Of a DNA stretch of 64,000 nt, positions 41,436 through 51,519 are shown piece after piece. This DNA comes from an uncultured Candidatus Marinamargulisbacteria bacterium (GTDB lineage: Bacteria; Margulisbacteria; Riflemargulisbacteria; GWF2-35-9; DYQY01), in assembly GCA_964643725.1 (NCBI GenBank), contig CAZXTL010000001.1, positions 41,935 to 105,934 of the forward strand, read 5' to 3'. The position numbers were made by a program, and so were the translations under genes. Below the pieces are notes generated by a model. That model ran no database searches and was not told the DNA's origin. It saw only the letters and a list, made by a program, of their open reading frames with translations. The number at the start of each line of letters is the position of its first letter. Positions within the stretch are counted from its first letter, which is position 1.

Positions 41436-42164
41436 TTAGTGCCCCTTATACATATTATCAGTTATATATATCGCTGAAAGATAAGCGAAAACATATGCCT
41501 GAATAAATGCTACCATTAATTCAAAAAGCAACATTATTGTGACAACAACAATGTCTAAGGGTATCGCAAAGACGGATTTAACAGTTAAGGAAGTAATAGA
41601 GGCAGTCATAGAAAGAAGAACCTTTATAATTAAATGACCTGCAAACATATTTGCATATAACCTTACTCCTAAGGAGAAAGCTTTAGATAATAATGAAACT
41701 AATTCCATAGGAAAGAGCAGAACTCTTATCGGCCAAGCAATACCGGAGGGGGTGAGTTCTATAAGAAAGGTGAGTGGGCCTTTTCTTTTTATCCCCAACC
41801 AAATACTAATCATTATCATCAAACATGATAACGAACCAGTTACTAATATATTTGCTGTAAGTGAATGTCCTCCAGGGATTAGGCCAGCTAAGTTATGTAT
41901 TAATATATATAAGAATAAGGTTAAGAAGAAAGGCATCCAAAATTTATAGTCTTCTTGTGATTTGAACAAAAAATTCATTTGGGAGTCCAAGAATTCATAT
42001 ATTAGTTCAAAGATAGATTGTATTTTGTTAGGTATTATTTCAAATTTAGCTATTCCAAAGATTATTATTACAATAACTGGAATAAATAAAAGAAGTACAT
42101 CCTGTGTAACGTTTAGGAATTTTGTAATAATCTCGAACTCTTGTATGATAAAGTTTACCATCAA
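41436..42164 (-). CDS. atpB: ATP synthase a subunit
   Basis: PNKIQSIFE, SLGVRLYANMFAGH (essential Arg), FELMVAFIQAYVF. Confidence 0.96.
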   Translation of the reverse strand: MMVNFIIQEFEIITKFLNVTQDVLLLFIPVIVIIIFGIAKFEIIPNKIQSIFELIYEFLDSQMNFLFKSQEDYKFWMPFFLTLFLYILIHNLAGLIPGGHSLTANILVTGSLSCLMIMISIWLGIKRKGPLTFLIELTPSGIAWPIRVLLFPMELVSLLSKAFSLGVRLYANMFAGHLIIKVLLSMTASITSLTVKSVFAIPLDIVVVTIMLLFELMVAFIQAYVFAYLSAIYITDNMYKGH

Positions 42165-42287
42165 CTATCTCCAGACAGAGCATTATCTTACAACCATCAA
42201 ATTAATCAGTAAATCATTAAACGTAGGCTATTTTTTTGCTATTTTTTAACTTTTCTCTGTTTCTGGCAAGCTTTTTCCCTTGGGGTT

Positions 42288-43688
42288 TTAAGCTTTCTCA
42301 AGAAAAAGCTTGTAAGCCTTGTAGGTCATATAAATGTCTAGCTTTGAACAACATTCCATAGGAGAGTGCATTGCAAGTACAGGTGTGCCCATATCTACTA
42401 TTTCCATCCCATAGGTAGCTAAGAATTTTGCGACAGTTCCGCCACCGCCCTCATCTACTTTGCCTAATTCTCCTGTTTGCCAGACGACATTGTTCTCATT
42501 AAAAAGTTTTCTTAGTTTGGAAATGTACTCAGCGTTAGCATCAGAGCTTCCTGATTTGCCTCTAGACCCACCGTATTTTTCCATAGAAACACCATAACCA
42601 AGTTTGGCAGAATTTCTAGCTTCAAACACTTCTTTCCAGTCAGGGTCATAAGCGCCCGTTACATCGCCAGAGATAGCTAAACTATTAAAGAGACATTCGT
42701 CAATCTTTAGTGCTGATGGCTCTTCGCCTAGATTAATAAAAGCTTGTTTAATTATTTGTCTAATGAAAGCACTTCTGGCTCCAGTGTTGCCGTCTGAGCC
42801 TATTTCTTCTTTATCAACTAGCCAGACGATTACTGGTTTATCAGCTGGTTTACTATCAACGATAGCTTTTAGGGCATTGTAAGAACATACTCTATCATCG
42901 TGACCATAGGCTCCTATCATGGACCTATCGAGTCCTAGTTCTCTTGCTTTGCCAGCAGGGACTATTTCGATTTCAGCAGTAGTAAAATCTTCCTCAGTAA
43001 TGCCATATTTTTCATTTAGTAAATAAAGAATATTTAGTTTTACTGAACTTTTATTTTCTTTACCTTCTTCTTTTTCTTCAGTAATAAAAGGTTTATTACC
43101 AATTAGTACATTAAGCTGTTCACCAGTAATCGCGTCTTTTATTTTTTTGTCTTCTTGAGCTTTATGGGAGAGATGGGGTAGTAAATCAGCTATAAAGAAT
43201 ACTGGCTCACTTTCGTCTTCACCAATGGATATGTCTATTCTTTGGCCTTCCTTATTAAAGATAACTCCATGGATAGCTAGTGGTCTAGATACCCATTGAT
43301 ATTTCTTGATGCCACCATAATAGTGTGTTTTTAAGTAGGCAAGGTCAGTATCTTCATAAAGTGGGTTTGGTTTTAGGTCTAATCTTGGACAATCAAGGTG
43401 AGATATAATTAAGTTAACACCTTTAGTTAGGTCGTAGCCTTTTTTTAATCTGACTATCCCAACATTTTTATCTTTGTGGGTTAAGAAGAAATCATTAGAA
43501 GTGTTTTCTGTAAAACCATTTTTTAAAAGGACATCTTTACAGTAAGCAACAGCTTGTCGTTCAGTTTTATAGTTTGATAGAAATGACATATATTCTTTAC
43601 AGTGTTCATGAATGTTTGCATGGTCAATATCCTTGTTTTCCCAACCGTTATTTTTTTTGTATTCAAGTTTTTTCGAGATATCTTCCAT
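42288..43688 (-). CDS. M18-family aminopeptidase
   Basis: SHLDCPRLDLKP, YGGIKKYQW, YGHDDRVC, DKEEIGS, SGDV, LAMHSP. Confidence 0.93.
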   Translation of the reverse strand: MEDISKKLEYKKNNGWENKDIDHANIHEHCKEYMSFLSNYKTERQAVAYCKDVLLKNGFTENTSNDFFLTHKDKNVGIVRLKKGYDLTKGVNLIISHLDCPRLDLKPNPLYEDTDLAYLKTHYYGGIKKYQWVSRPLAIHGVIFNKEGQRIDISIGEDESEPVFFIADLLPHLSHKAQEDKKIKDAITGEQLNVLIGNKPFITEEKEEGKENKSSVKLNILYLLNEKYGITEEDFTTAEIEIVPAGKARELGLDRSMIGAYGHDDRVCSYNALKAIVDSKPADKPVIVWLVDKEEIGSDGNTGARSAFIRQIIKQAFINLGEEPSALKIDECLFNSLAISGDVTGAYDPDWKEVFEARNSAKLGYGVSMEKYGGSRGKSGSSDANAEYISKLRKLFNENNVVWQTGELGKVDEGGGGTVAKFLATYGMEIVDMGTPVLAMHSPMECCSKLDIYMTYKAYKLFLEKA

Positions 43689-43807
43689 TTTTTTCTCCTT
43701 TTAATATATTTCTTTAAATAGTAAGAAATATTCCCAACATTCCTATTATAGCAAAATAAAACGTTGATAAAATAGTTTATTTAAAGTAATGTTTAAAACG
43801 ATAGATT

Positions 43808-44812
43808 ATGGTTAAGAAAACAAAAAATAGAATATTGCCTATAATCGTTTCGGCGATTGTTCTTATCCTCTTCGTTCTTTCGGTAAGTGTACTTATCGAT
43901 AAGCTGAGGGCTTTCACTATTGCTGACATTTTATCCAGCCTTAATGCAATCAAAAGTTCTCAGATAGGTTTAGCTTTTGTATTAATGATACTTAGTTATA
44001 CGGTTTTTACTTGCTATGACCTTCTAGCTATTGCTTATCTTGGTTATTCCGTAAAATTTCGCAAAATATTTATGGGCTCTTTTATTAGTTATGTTCTTAG
44101 TGAAAATCTTGGGTTCGCTTTGCTTAGTGGCTCAACTATAAGGTTTAAGTATTATACTGAGTGGGGTATAAAGCCTAAACACATTGCTAAAGCGATAACC
44201 TTTTGTACAATAACTTTTTGGCTTGGGATGTTCACTACAGCTGGTGTTTTTTTGACGCTGTATCCTATAGTATTGCCGGATTCCTCAATATTTAGTTATT
44301 TATTATTAGTAAGAGGCCAACTCCTTGGGCCGTTAATGCTTTTGGTCGTTTTGGCTTATTTTTTTGTTGGTGTTTTAAGGAAAACTCCTTTAAAAATAAG
44401 AGGCTCACAATATATTGTTCCATCTAATCGGCTAGCTATTCTGCAGTTGGTGGTTGGAATTACTGATTTCATTATTGGTGCTGGGCTGTTTTATGTTCTA
44501 CTTCCTAGTTCAGATCTTTTGGTGTTTGCTCATTTCATAAGTATTTTTATGTTCGTAAAGGTAATTGTTATTTTTAGTAATATCCCTGCTGGACTAGGTG
44601 TTTTTGAGACTTTAATGTTGATGCTTTTAGCTCCATTTTATAGTGATTTGTCGATACTTGGCACAATTGTTATTTATAGAATTATTTATTATATTATTCC
44701 ACTTATATTTGCGTTATTTTTATATGGATATAATGAGTTTAAGAGTGGGCATCGTCGGTTCAAGGCCTTACAAAGGTTAATACGTTTCAGGAATAAGATT
44801 CTAAAAGTCTAG
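43808..44812 (+). CDS. MprF-like flippase/TM domain (UPF0104) without a synthase domain
   Basis: SYTVFTCYDLLA, ENLGFALLSGSTIRFKYY, PAGLGVFE, IYRIIYYIIP; the ORF ends right after the TM region. Confidence 0.82.
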   Translation: MVKKTKNRILPIIVSAIVLILFVLSVSVLIDKLRAFTIADILSSLNAIKSSQIGLAFVLMILSYTVFTCYDLLAIAYLGYSVKFRKIFMGSFISYVLSENLGFALLSGSTIRFKYYTEWGIKPKHIAKAITFCTITFWLGMFTTAGVFLTLYPIVLPDSSIFSYLLLVRGQLLGPLMLLVVLAYFFVGVLRKTPLKIRGSQYIVPSNRLAILQLVVGITDFIIGAGLFYVLLPSSDLLVFAHFISIFMFVKVIVIFSNIPAGLGVFETLMLMLLAPFYSDLSILGTIVIYRIIYYIIPLIFALFLYGYNEFKSGHRRFKALQRLIRFRNKILKV

Positions 44813-46558
44813 TTGTCCGCCAACTGTAATTATTGCATTATCAGCAATTTCGTTCATTTGTTCCAAAGATAATTTAAAGAATAGCTGAAAGGTATCTGAC
44901 GTCTCTATGTTTGTCATAATTGAGTAAAGAGAGGATATGTTTGAAAACTCGGTTTTAGCAGTAAAAAGTATGCTTGGCAATTGAGTTAATTGAAAAATGC
45001 TATTTACCAGAATGGCATTATTGTTTTTATTGCTTTTTAATGAAATTTCAGTGGTATGAGATTCATAAAAAAATATGCCAGAAAAATACAAGCTATCATC
45101 AGTTTTATCTTCAAAATCAAGTATTTTAGGCGTTAAGAGTCCTTTATAAGATAGCCCAAGCGAGAATTGTTGAGTTATATTGTGGAGTAGTCCTATATCT
45201 AAACCATAATAGAAGAAAGACGATTCTGTCCCAGCGCCAAACATTTCACTAAAAGGAGAGAATATCTTTTTGTTTTCTTTTGTTGAAGTGATAATTGACC
45301 CTCGCATTAGTAGTCCTAAGTTTGTTTTTTTATCTAGAAGGAAAGATTTTCCGTAGAAAATGTTAAGAATATTGTTTTGATATAGATTAGCATCAGAGGA
45401 ACTTACCATTTGTAGGTATTTTTGTTTTTTAAAATGTACTCCCACTCCTGTGTCTCTTTCTAGAGTTCTAACACCTAAGATTTGGTTTTCTTCGATTCGT
45501 TCATTTTCTCCTGCATTAACTTTGTTTTTATCGCTGATATATGAGTTGTTAGTATAATTAGAATTAAACTCTTGTACACTCAAATCTCCCTTTGATGCGT
45601 AATAAACAGTATTCATTCTATTGATAGGTATTTTGGAAAGAATCGCTGGGTTTCTGAAAAGTAATGAATCTTCCAGAATAGAAAGTGTTTTGTCTTTTGA
45701 GATAAGCAAATTAAGTATCGGTTCATTTTGAATCTCTATGGTGGCGGATACTTGTTCTTCGTCGGAAGTGATTATGTTACTTGTAGCAATATTTTTATTT
45801 TCATTAGTAAATTTTTGAGTTTGAGTAGTTTTTTGTTTTAATTTTGCTTTTGCTGGTGCTACTACTGTGTTTTTTATGCTTTGGATATTTTTTGCATTCA
45901 AATAAACTACATTTTTTTCAAATTCATCAAAGGCACTGATTCCTTCTGTATCTATTGGCTCAGGGTTTGTCATGAACCCAAATTGATTGATTTTTGTTTG
46001 TTCTCCAGCATTAACTGTTATCTCTAGATTACCTTGTGCAATCTGAACAACTCCTTCATAAGCTACCACTTTGCCATAAGGAGCCTCAACTGAAAACATT
46101 GTACCTTTTACGGAAATTGATGCGTGAGGAGTTTCTAGTATAAAGCTATTGGCGTTTGGTGCGGTGTTTACCACTTTTATCCAGAGTTTGCCGGTATTAA
46201 GTTTGAACGCGGCCCACTTATCACTCCCAGGGTTTCTTTCTGCAAAGGAGAAGTTAGAACTTGGTTCAAGTCGAAGCACATGGTCACCATAAAGTTTTAT
46301 TTCACAGACAGAGCCTTTGTCAGTTTGTATAGTGTCTCGAGGATAGAACCTAGTATATAAATCAACTGGCTGCCAATAATCAGAGTCTGCTCTTTTTACA
46401 TTAACTACGCCACTTTTGTAAATCGCAACGCCAGAACTGCCTGCGACTTCTATAGTTTCAAAAGGTTTAGCATTAATTATTACTTGAGCATTTAATAAAT
46501 TACTAGAACCAAATATAAGGAAGAAAATAAAGATGGTTAGTAGTTTATTTGTAAACAT
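44801..46558 (-). CDS. Secreted FecR-domain protein with a C-terminal beta-barrel-like region
   Basis: Signal peptide from MFTNKLL; FecR motifs DTIQTDKGS, LRLEPSS, LETPHASISVKGTMF, YEGVV; amphipathic strands ending GGQLDF. Confidence 0.75.
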   Translation of the reverse strand: MFTNKLLTIFIFFLIFGSSNLLNAQVIINAKPFETIEVAGSSGVAIYKSGVVNVKRADSDYWQPVDLYTRFYPRDTIQTDKGSVCEIKLYGDHVLRLEPSSNFSFAERNPGSDKWAAFKLNTGKLWIKVVNTAPNANSFILETPHASISVKGTMFSVEAPYGKVVAYEGVVQIAQGNLEITVNAGEQTKINQFGFMTNPEPIDTEGISAFDEFEKNVVYLNAKNIQSIKNTVVAPAKAKLKQKTTQTQKFTNENKNIATSNIITSDEEQVSATIEIQNEPILNLLISKDKTLSILEDSLLFRNPAILSKIPINRMNTVYYASKGDLSVQEFNSNYTNNSYISDKNKVNAGENERIEENQILGVRTLERDTGVGVHFKKQKYLQMVSSSDANLYQNNILNIFYGKSFLLDKKTNLGLLMRGSIITSTKENKKIFSPFSEMFGAGTESSFFYYGLDIGLLHNITQQFSLGLSYKGLLTPKILDFEDKTDDSLYFSGIFFYESHTTEISLKSNKNNNAILVNSIFQLTQLPSILFTAKTEFSNISSLYSIMTNIETSDTFQLFFKLSLEQMNEIADNAIITVGGQLDF

Positions 46559-46663
46559 AATTATTATTCTATAACAGAAACGTAAAACCATAAAACAATT
46601 AAAGGAAATTTGTTATAGTTAATGATAAAGGTATTGATAGGGGAAAAGGCATTTATTGCTTAT

Positions 46664-46759
46664 GTCATTCCCGCGAAGGCGGGAATACAGTCTTCAATAG
46701 TAGCTTTAATAGAATATATATATTGTAAATACTGGATCCCCGACTAAATCGGTGATGAC
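46664..46759. repeat. GTCAT-type REP-like inverted pair
   Basis: GTCATTCCCGCGAAGGCGGGAATACAG (46664-90) and CTGGATCCCCGACTAAATCGGTGATGAC (46732-59). Confidence 0.85.
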
Positions 46760-46794
46760 TGTAAATGCTTTAATAAATTGAACAAGAGGGTTAT

Positions 46795-48570
46795 ATGAAA
46801 AAAAGTTTATTTGGCTGTATTGTTATATCCGTGGTTGTGTTTTTCCTTTACGCCATTGGGGCTTTTAAAGTATTTGATAACTATACATATGATAATTTCC
46901 AAAGGAACATTGATCAGGGCAGTCCAGTGGAGAAGTCTATTGTAGTAGTTGCGATAGATGATTTTACATTAAACAAATTTGGAGTTTGGCCTTTTCCAAG
47001 GAGTAAATATGCAGAACTTGTTCAGCTTCTAAATAAAGGTGGGGCCAAGGTTATTGCTTTTGATATTAATTTTGATTCTTATAGTAGTTATTCCTATGAT
47101 GAGGATCTTGAGTTTTCGAAAGAATTAGCTAACGTTAAAAATGTTATTTTAGCTCGTGATTATTACATGGAAAATAACCATCCAGTTATCCGTGACCCAA
47201 TTAAAGAGCTTAAAGATAATTCAACCTTAGCAATGGTTGACCCTGTTTTGGATAGCGATTCCTTCATAAGAAGATATAAAATGTTGTCTTATTATAAAGA
47301 AGAAGCTTTTTTATATTTTGCAGTTCAAGCAAGCATGCTTTATGAAAATATAAGTGTAAATAAGTTAAGGCTCAAGGATAACGAATTCATTCTAAATAAT
47401 ATCAAAATACCCTTAGATAATAACGGAAGAATGTTAATAAATTATTATTCTAGGGATAAAGGTATCAGCGTTATTCCTTTTGCTCATATTTTAGAGCCTG
47501 GGTTCTTAGAGCTTAATCCAAATTATTTCCGTGGCAAGTTGGTGTTAGTTGGTTCTACTGCTAGTTATTTGCAAGATAGTTTTCCTACACCTGTTGATAT
47601 AAATATGCCAGGAGTTCTGATACATGCTAATGCTATTAGAACAATTTTAAATCAGGAATTTATTCAGTTGATTCCTAATTTGTACTATTTATTCTTAATA
47701 ATGGTTTTAGTTGTAATTGTATATTTTAAAGCAGTCGAGAAAGGTTCTTTGATTGGACTAATTATTTCTGCTTGTTTTTTTGTTTTAATAATATTAGCTC
47801 AGCGATTTATGTATCATTATGGAATTTATATGGAATCTGCTGTTTTGCTTTTTTCGCTGACCATTACTTATTTAATAGCCTTTTTTGTAAATTTTTTAGG
47901 CATAAAAGAAGAACGTAACAGAGTTAAGAGTATCTTTAAACAGTATGTTTCTCCAAATATTGTGGAAAGGTTTATTGCAGGCGAGGAAGATTTAGCTGAG
48001 AAAGGGAAAGAAAGAGTTGTTAGTGTTCTTTTTGCTGACATAGTTGGCTTTACAAGTATGTGTGAAGAACTTCCTCCAGAAAAGGTAGTAGCTCAACTTA
48101 ATCAGGTGCTTGATGTGCTTACGGAAGAAGTTTTTAAGCATCAGGGGACACTTGATAAATTTATGGGTGATGCCTTGATGGCTGTTTGGGGTAGTCCTGT
48201 AGAACAAGTTGACCATGCAGAGTTAGCAGTGGAATGTGCGATTAAAATGTTAGTAGTTATAGAGAAATTGAATGAAAAATGGGTTAAGGAAGGGAATCCT
48301 TCTTTGAAAGTTGGGATAAGTATTAGCTCAGGCCATGTGATTGCCGGTAATATAGGAGCTAAAAAGCATAAGGATTATACGGTTATCGGAGATGTTGTTA
48401 ATATCGGAGCTAGATTACAGCCTTTAACAAGGGAAGGTTATTCAATCGTTATAGAGGAAAATACTAAGGAACTTGTTAAGGATAAATATGCTGTTAAAAA
48501 GATAGGCGATATAATCGTCAAAGGCAAGAAAAACAAGGTCAGCGCTTGGGCTGTGGATGTAGTGAAATAA
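46795..48570 (+). CDS. CHASE2-domain class III adenylate cyclase
   Basis: CHASE2 (VVAIDD, GVWPFPRS, DSDSFIRR, GSTA, MPGVLIHAN), three TM helices, and a cyclase domain FADIVGFT, DKFMGDA, DYTVIGDVVNIGARL (K/D pair typical of ATP specificity). Confidence 0.93.
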   Translation: MKKSLFGCIVISVVVFFLYAIGAFKVFDNYTYDNFQRNIDQGSPVEKSIVVVAIDDFTLNKFGVWPFPRSKYAELVQLLNKGGAKVIAFDINFDSYSSYSYDEDLEFSKELANVKNVILARDYYMENNHPVIRDPIKELKDNSTLAMVDPVLDSDSFIRRYKMLSYYKEEAFLYFAVQASMLYENISVNKLRLKDNEFILNNIKIPLDNNGRMLINYYSRDKGISVIPFAHILEPGFLELNPNYFRGKLVLVGSTASYLQDSFPTPVDINMPGVLIHANAIRTILNQEFIQLIPNLYYLFLIMVLVVIVYFKAVEKGSLIGLIISACFFVLIILAQRFMYHYGIYMESAVLLFSLTITYLIAFFVNFLGIKEERNRVKSIFKQYVSPNIVERFIAGEEDLAEKGKERVVSVLFADIVGFTSMCEELPPEKVVAQLNQVLDVLTEEVFKHQGTLDKFMGDALMAVWGSPVEQVDHAELAVECAIKMLVVIEKLNEKWVKEGNPSLKVGISISSGHVIAGNIGAKKHKDYTVIGDVVNIGARLQPLTREGYSIVIEENTKELVKDKYAVKKIGDIIVKGKKNKVSAWAVDVVK

Positions 48571-48589
48571 TTAAGGTATAATATCTTTT

Positions 48590-48817
48590 ATGGAAAAACA
48601 GATAACCACTGTAGAACAAATAGAAGGTAAGAGGAAATCTAGTCGATCAGCAAAGTGGTCGTTAGTTTCTATATCAGGAATAATTTCTTTCGCAACAATA
48701 GGGATTATTTCTCTTTTTGTGATATTTGTTCCTTCTCAGATGATTGTTGCTGGGTGGGTTGTTTCTGCTTTAGCTATTATGGGTATAGCTATGGCCGGTG
48801 CTGTCATAAAAGCTTAA
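48590..48817 (+). CDS. Small two-TM membrane protein of unknown function
   Basis: 75 aa, basic N-terminus, two hydrophobic helices, co-oriented with neighbours. Confidence 0.55.
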   Translation: MEKQITTVEQIEGKRKSSRSAKWSLVSISGIISFATIGIISLFVIFVPSQMIVAGWVVSALAIMGIAMAGAVIKA

Positions 48818-48877
48818 TATTGCATCCGATTCTTAATGGTGTAATAATTTATCTAACTTATTATCCAGGAGGACTTT

Positions 48878-50551
48878 ATGAGATCTGAAGTATTAAAGAA
48901 GGGTGCGGAAACCTTAGCACACAGAGCGTTGCTTATGTCCGCTGGTGTTCCAGCTTCGGCTTTTGATGAGAATAAACCATTTATTGGTGTGGCTAATTCT
49001 TATAATGATATTATTCCAGGGCATATTCATCTTAATGAATTAACCGCAGAAGTTAAAAGAGGCATTCGTGATGCAGGAGGAGTTCCTTTTGAGTGGGGAG
49101 TCCCTGGTGTTTGTGATGGTATTGCTATGCACGTAGAGATGAGGTTATCACTGCCTTCTAGAGATAATATAGCCGATAATATTGAGATAATGACTTTGTC
49201 CCATTCTCTAGATGGTTGGGTAGGCGTTACCAATTGTGACAAAATTACCCCAGGTATGCTTATGGCAGCTGGGCGAGTGAATATACCAGCCATGATAGTT
49301 ACTGGTGGAGCTATGCTTTCTAACCTTGATGAAAATGGGAAAAAATGTCACCCAATACAGGGGTTTGGTCTTACTGGAGAAGTTAAAGCTGGTAAAATGA
49401 CGCTTGAAGAAGCAGAAAAGAAAGCTAGAGGTTGTCTGGCGTGTGGTGCAGGCTCTTGTGTTGGTCTTTTTACTGCAAATACAATGGCTTGTTTTACCGA
49501 AGCAGTTGGTATGTCACTTCCAATGTGTGCATCAACCACAGCATTAGATCCAGAGAAAAAGAAAATTGCTTATGAAACAGGTAAGCGCATTGTTGAATTG
49601 GCTAAAAAAGGAATAAACCCTTCACAAATAATGACAGAAGGTGCTTTTGAGAATGGGATTAGAGTGGATATGACGATGGGTGGTTCTACAAATGCAGTGC
49701 TACACATTCCAGCTATAGCTAGAGAGCTTGGTATAGATATTCCTATTGAAAGATTTGATGATATTTCTAGGGAAACTCCAAACGTATGTAAGATGATCCC
49801 TGCAGGTGAACATGATATGCTTGATTTTCATAAAGCTGGAGGAATCCCTGCTATTCTTAATAGATTTAAAACTGTTATCAAAGATGGAATTACTGTTTCT
49901 GGTAAGACCATAAAAGAAATAGCAGAAACTGCAGAGGTAAAAGACGATGATGTTATAAGAACGCTAAAGAATGCCTATATGCAACAAGGCGCCATTGCTG
50001 TCCTGAAGGGCAATATTGCAACTTCTTCTGTTGTTAAACAAACAGCAGTTGAGCTTGATATGATGGTTCATTCTGGTCCGGCTAAAGTGTTTTCGGATGA
50101 AGATGATTTGTTAGATGCGTTAGCAAAAGGAAAGATTAGTGAAGGAGATGTAGTGGTCATGATTTATATGGGACCTGCTGGTGCTCCTGGGATGCCAGAA
50201 CAGCTTACTCCGACAGATGCCATCAAAGGTGCTGGTTACAAAAGAGTTGCCCTTATTACTGATGGTAGATTCTCTGGAGGAACTTCTGGACCGTGTATTG
50301 GGCACGTTGAGATGGAAGCATATAATGGTGGACCAATTGCAGCAGTTAGAAATGGCGATATTATAGATATAAATATTCCTAATAGGTCTTTAAATGTTAG
50401 GCTTACTGATGAACAAATTAAGCACAGAATTAAAGATGCTATAATTCCTGTACGAAAAATGACTCCTTTTTTGCAGAGTTATCGTGATAGATTTACTGGC
50501 AAGAATTGTTATTGTAAGTGGTCACAGGTGGCTAAGAGTTTGTTGCAATAA
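48878..50551 (+). CDS. ilvD: Dihydroxy-acid dehydratase
   Basis: PGHIHL, VCDGIAM, NCDKITPG, GSCVGLFTANTM, GGSTNAVLH, LITDGRFSGGT. Confidence 0.97.
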   Translation: MRSEVLKKGAETLAHRALLMSAGVPASAFDENKPFIGVANSYNDIIPGHIHLNELTAEVKRGIRDAGGVPFEWGVPGVCDGIAMHVEMRLSLPSRDNIADNIEIMTLSHSLDGWVGVTNCDKITPGMLMAAGRVNIPAMIVTGGAMLSNLDENGKKCHPIQGFGLTGEVKAGKMTLEEAEKKARGCLACGAGSCVGLFTANTMACFTEAVGMSLPMCASTTALDPEKKKIAYETGKRIVELAKKGINPSQIMTEGAFENGIRVDMTMGGSTNAVLHIPAIARELGIDIPIERFDDISRETPNVCKMIPAGEHDMLDFHKAGGIPAILNRFKTVIKDGITVSGKTIKEIAETAEVKDDDVIRTLKNAYMQQGAIAVLKGNIATSSVVKQTAVELDMMVHSGPAKVFSDEDDLLDALAKGKISEGDVVVMIYMGPAGAPGMPEQLTPTDAIKGAGYKRVALITDGRFSGGTSGPCIGHVEMEAYNGGPIAAVRNGDIIDINIPNRSLNVRLTDEQIKHRIKDAIIPVRKMTPFLQSYRDRFTGKNCYCKWSQVAKSLLQ

Positions 50552-50593
50552 GCTTTGTTGCAATAAGCCATAGTATAGTTGTAAAATAATATT

Positions 50594-51519
50594 ATGTTAG
50601 CCAAGAAAAAAATGACCTTTTTGGTAATTCCACATAAGTCTGGAAGAGCTAGAGAATATAGCATAACAAACGCTACATTATTGTTAATATTATTAGCTTT
50701 ATTCCTACTTTCTTGTGTGTTTGTTAGTACTATTTATTTTTCCACCAAATTATCAAAATTTGCAATTCAGTATGTACAACAGGAAAACAGAAATCAGCTT
50801 GTATTAGAAGAGTTAAGAACTTTTAGGGCTGAAACTGATAATCTTCGGATAGTTATGCTGGGGCTTAAGGAAAAAGATGGCGATATTCGTAAAATGCTAG
50901 GAATCGGAGTGAATCGACAATTTAATTCAGTTGTGTTAAAAAAAAACTGAATAATACCTTATCCGAGTACGAAAAAGAACTAGAACTTGTTTCTGATAAC
51001 CTTAGAATAATACTTTCTTTAGCTGAAATCCAAGATGTAAGTTTTAATGAAATTTATAATAAAGCAGCCAGGCTTCGTGAGGTATATGATAGAACACCAT
51101 CAATTTGGCCATTATATGGGTTTATGCTTTCAAGTTATGGCGTTCGTTTTCATCCTATTCTGGGTCGTATGGAGTTTCATTCAGGTGGCGATATTCCAGG
51201 CTATACAGGTGCTCCAATTAAAGCAGCAGCTTCAGGAAGAGTTGTAACTGCAGGATGGAATGGTGGTTATGGACAGATGGTGCTGATTGATCATGGAAAT
51301 GGCTTCAAAACAGCTTATGCGCATCTAAGTAAGTATGTAGTGCGACCAGGCAATGAAGTAGTTAAAGGACAAATAATAGCTTATTGTGGGTCAACTGGCT
51401 TAAGTACAGGGCCTCATTTACACTATGAAGTAAGATATAAGAATAGGCCTATTAATCCTGGTCCATTTTTGGATCTTAGTATATTTAAAATAGAGGCTTT
51501 GTTTAATAGATTAGGTTAA
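50594..51519 (+). CDS. M23 metallo-endopeptidase split by a -1 frameshift at A9 (50938-50946)
   Basis: ORF1 (TM plus coiled coil) ends ...VLKKN* at 50950. The -1 frame is open from the A-run (KKKLNNTLSEY...TPSIWPLYG...HSGGD...GPHLHYEV) to 51519. Confidence 0.8.
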
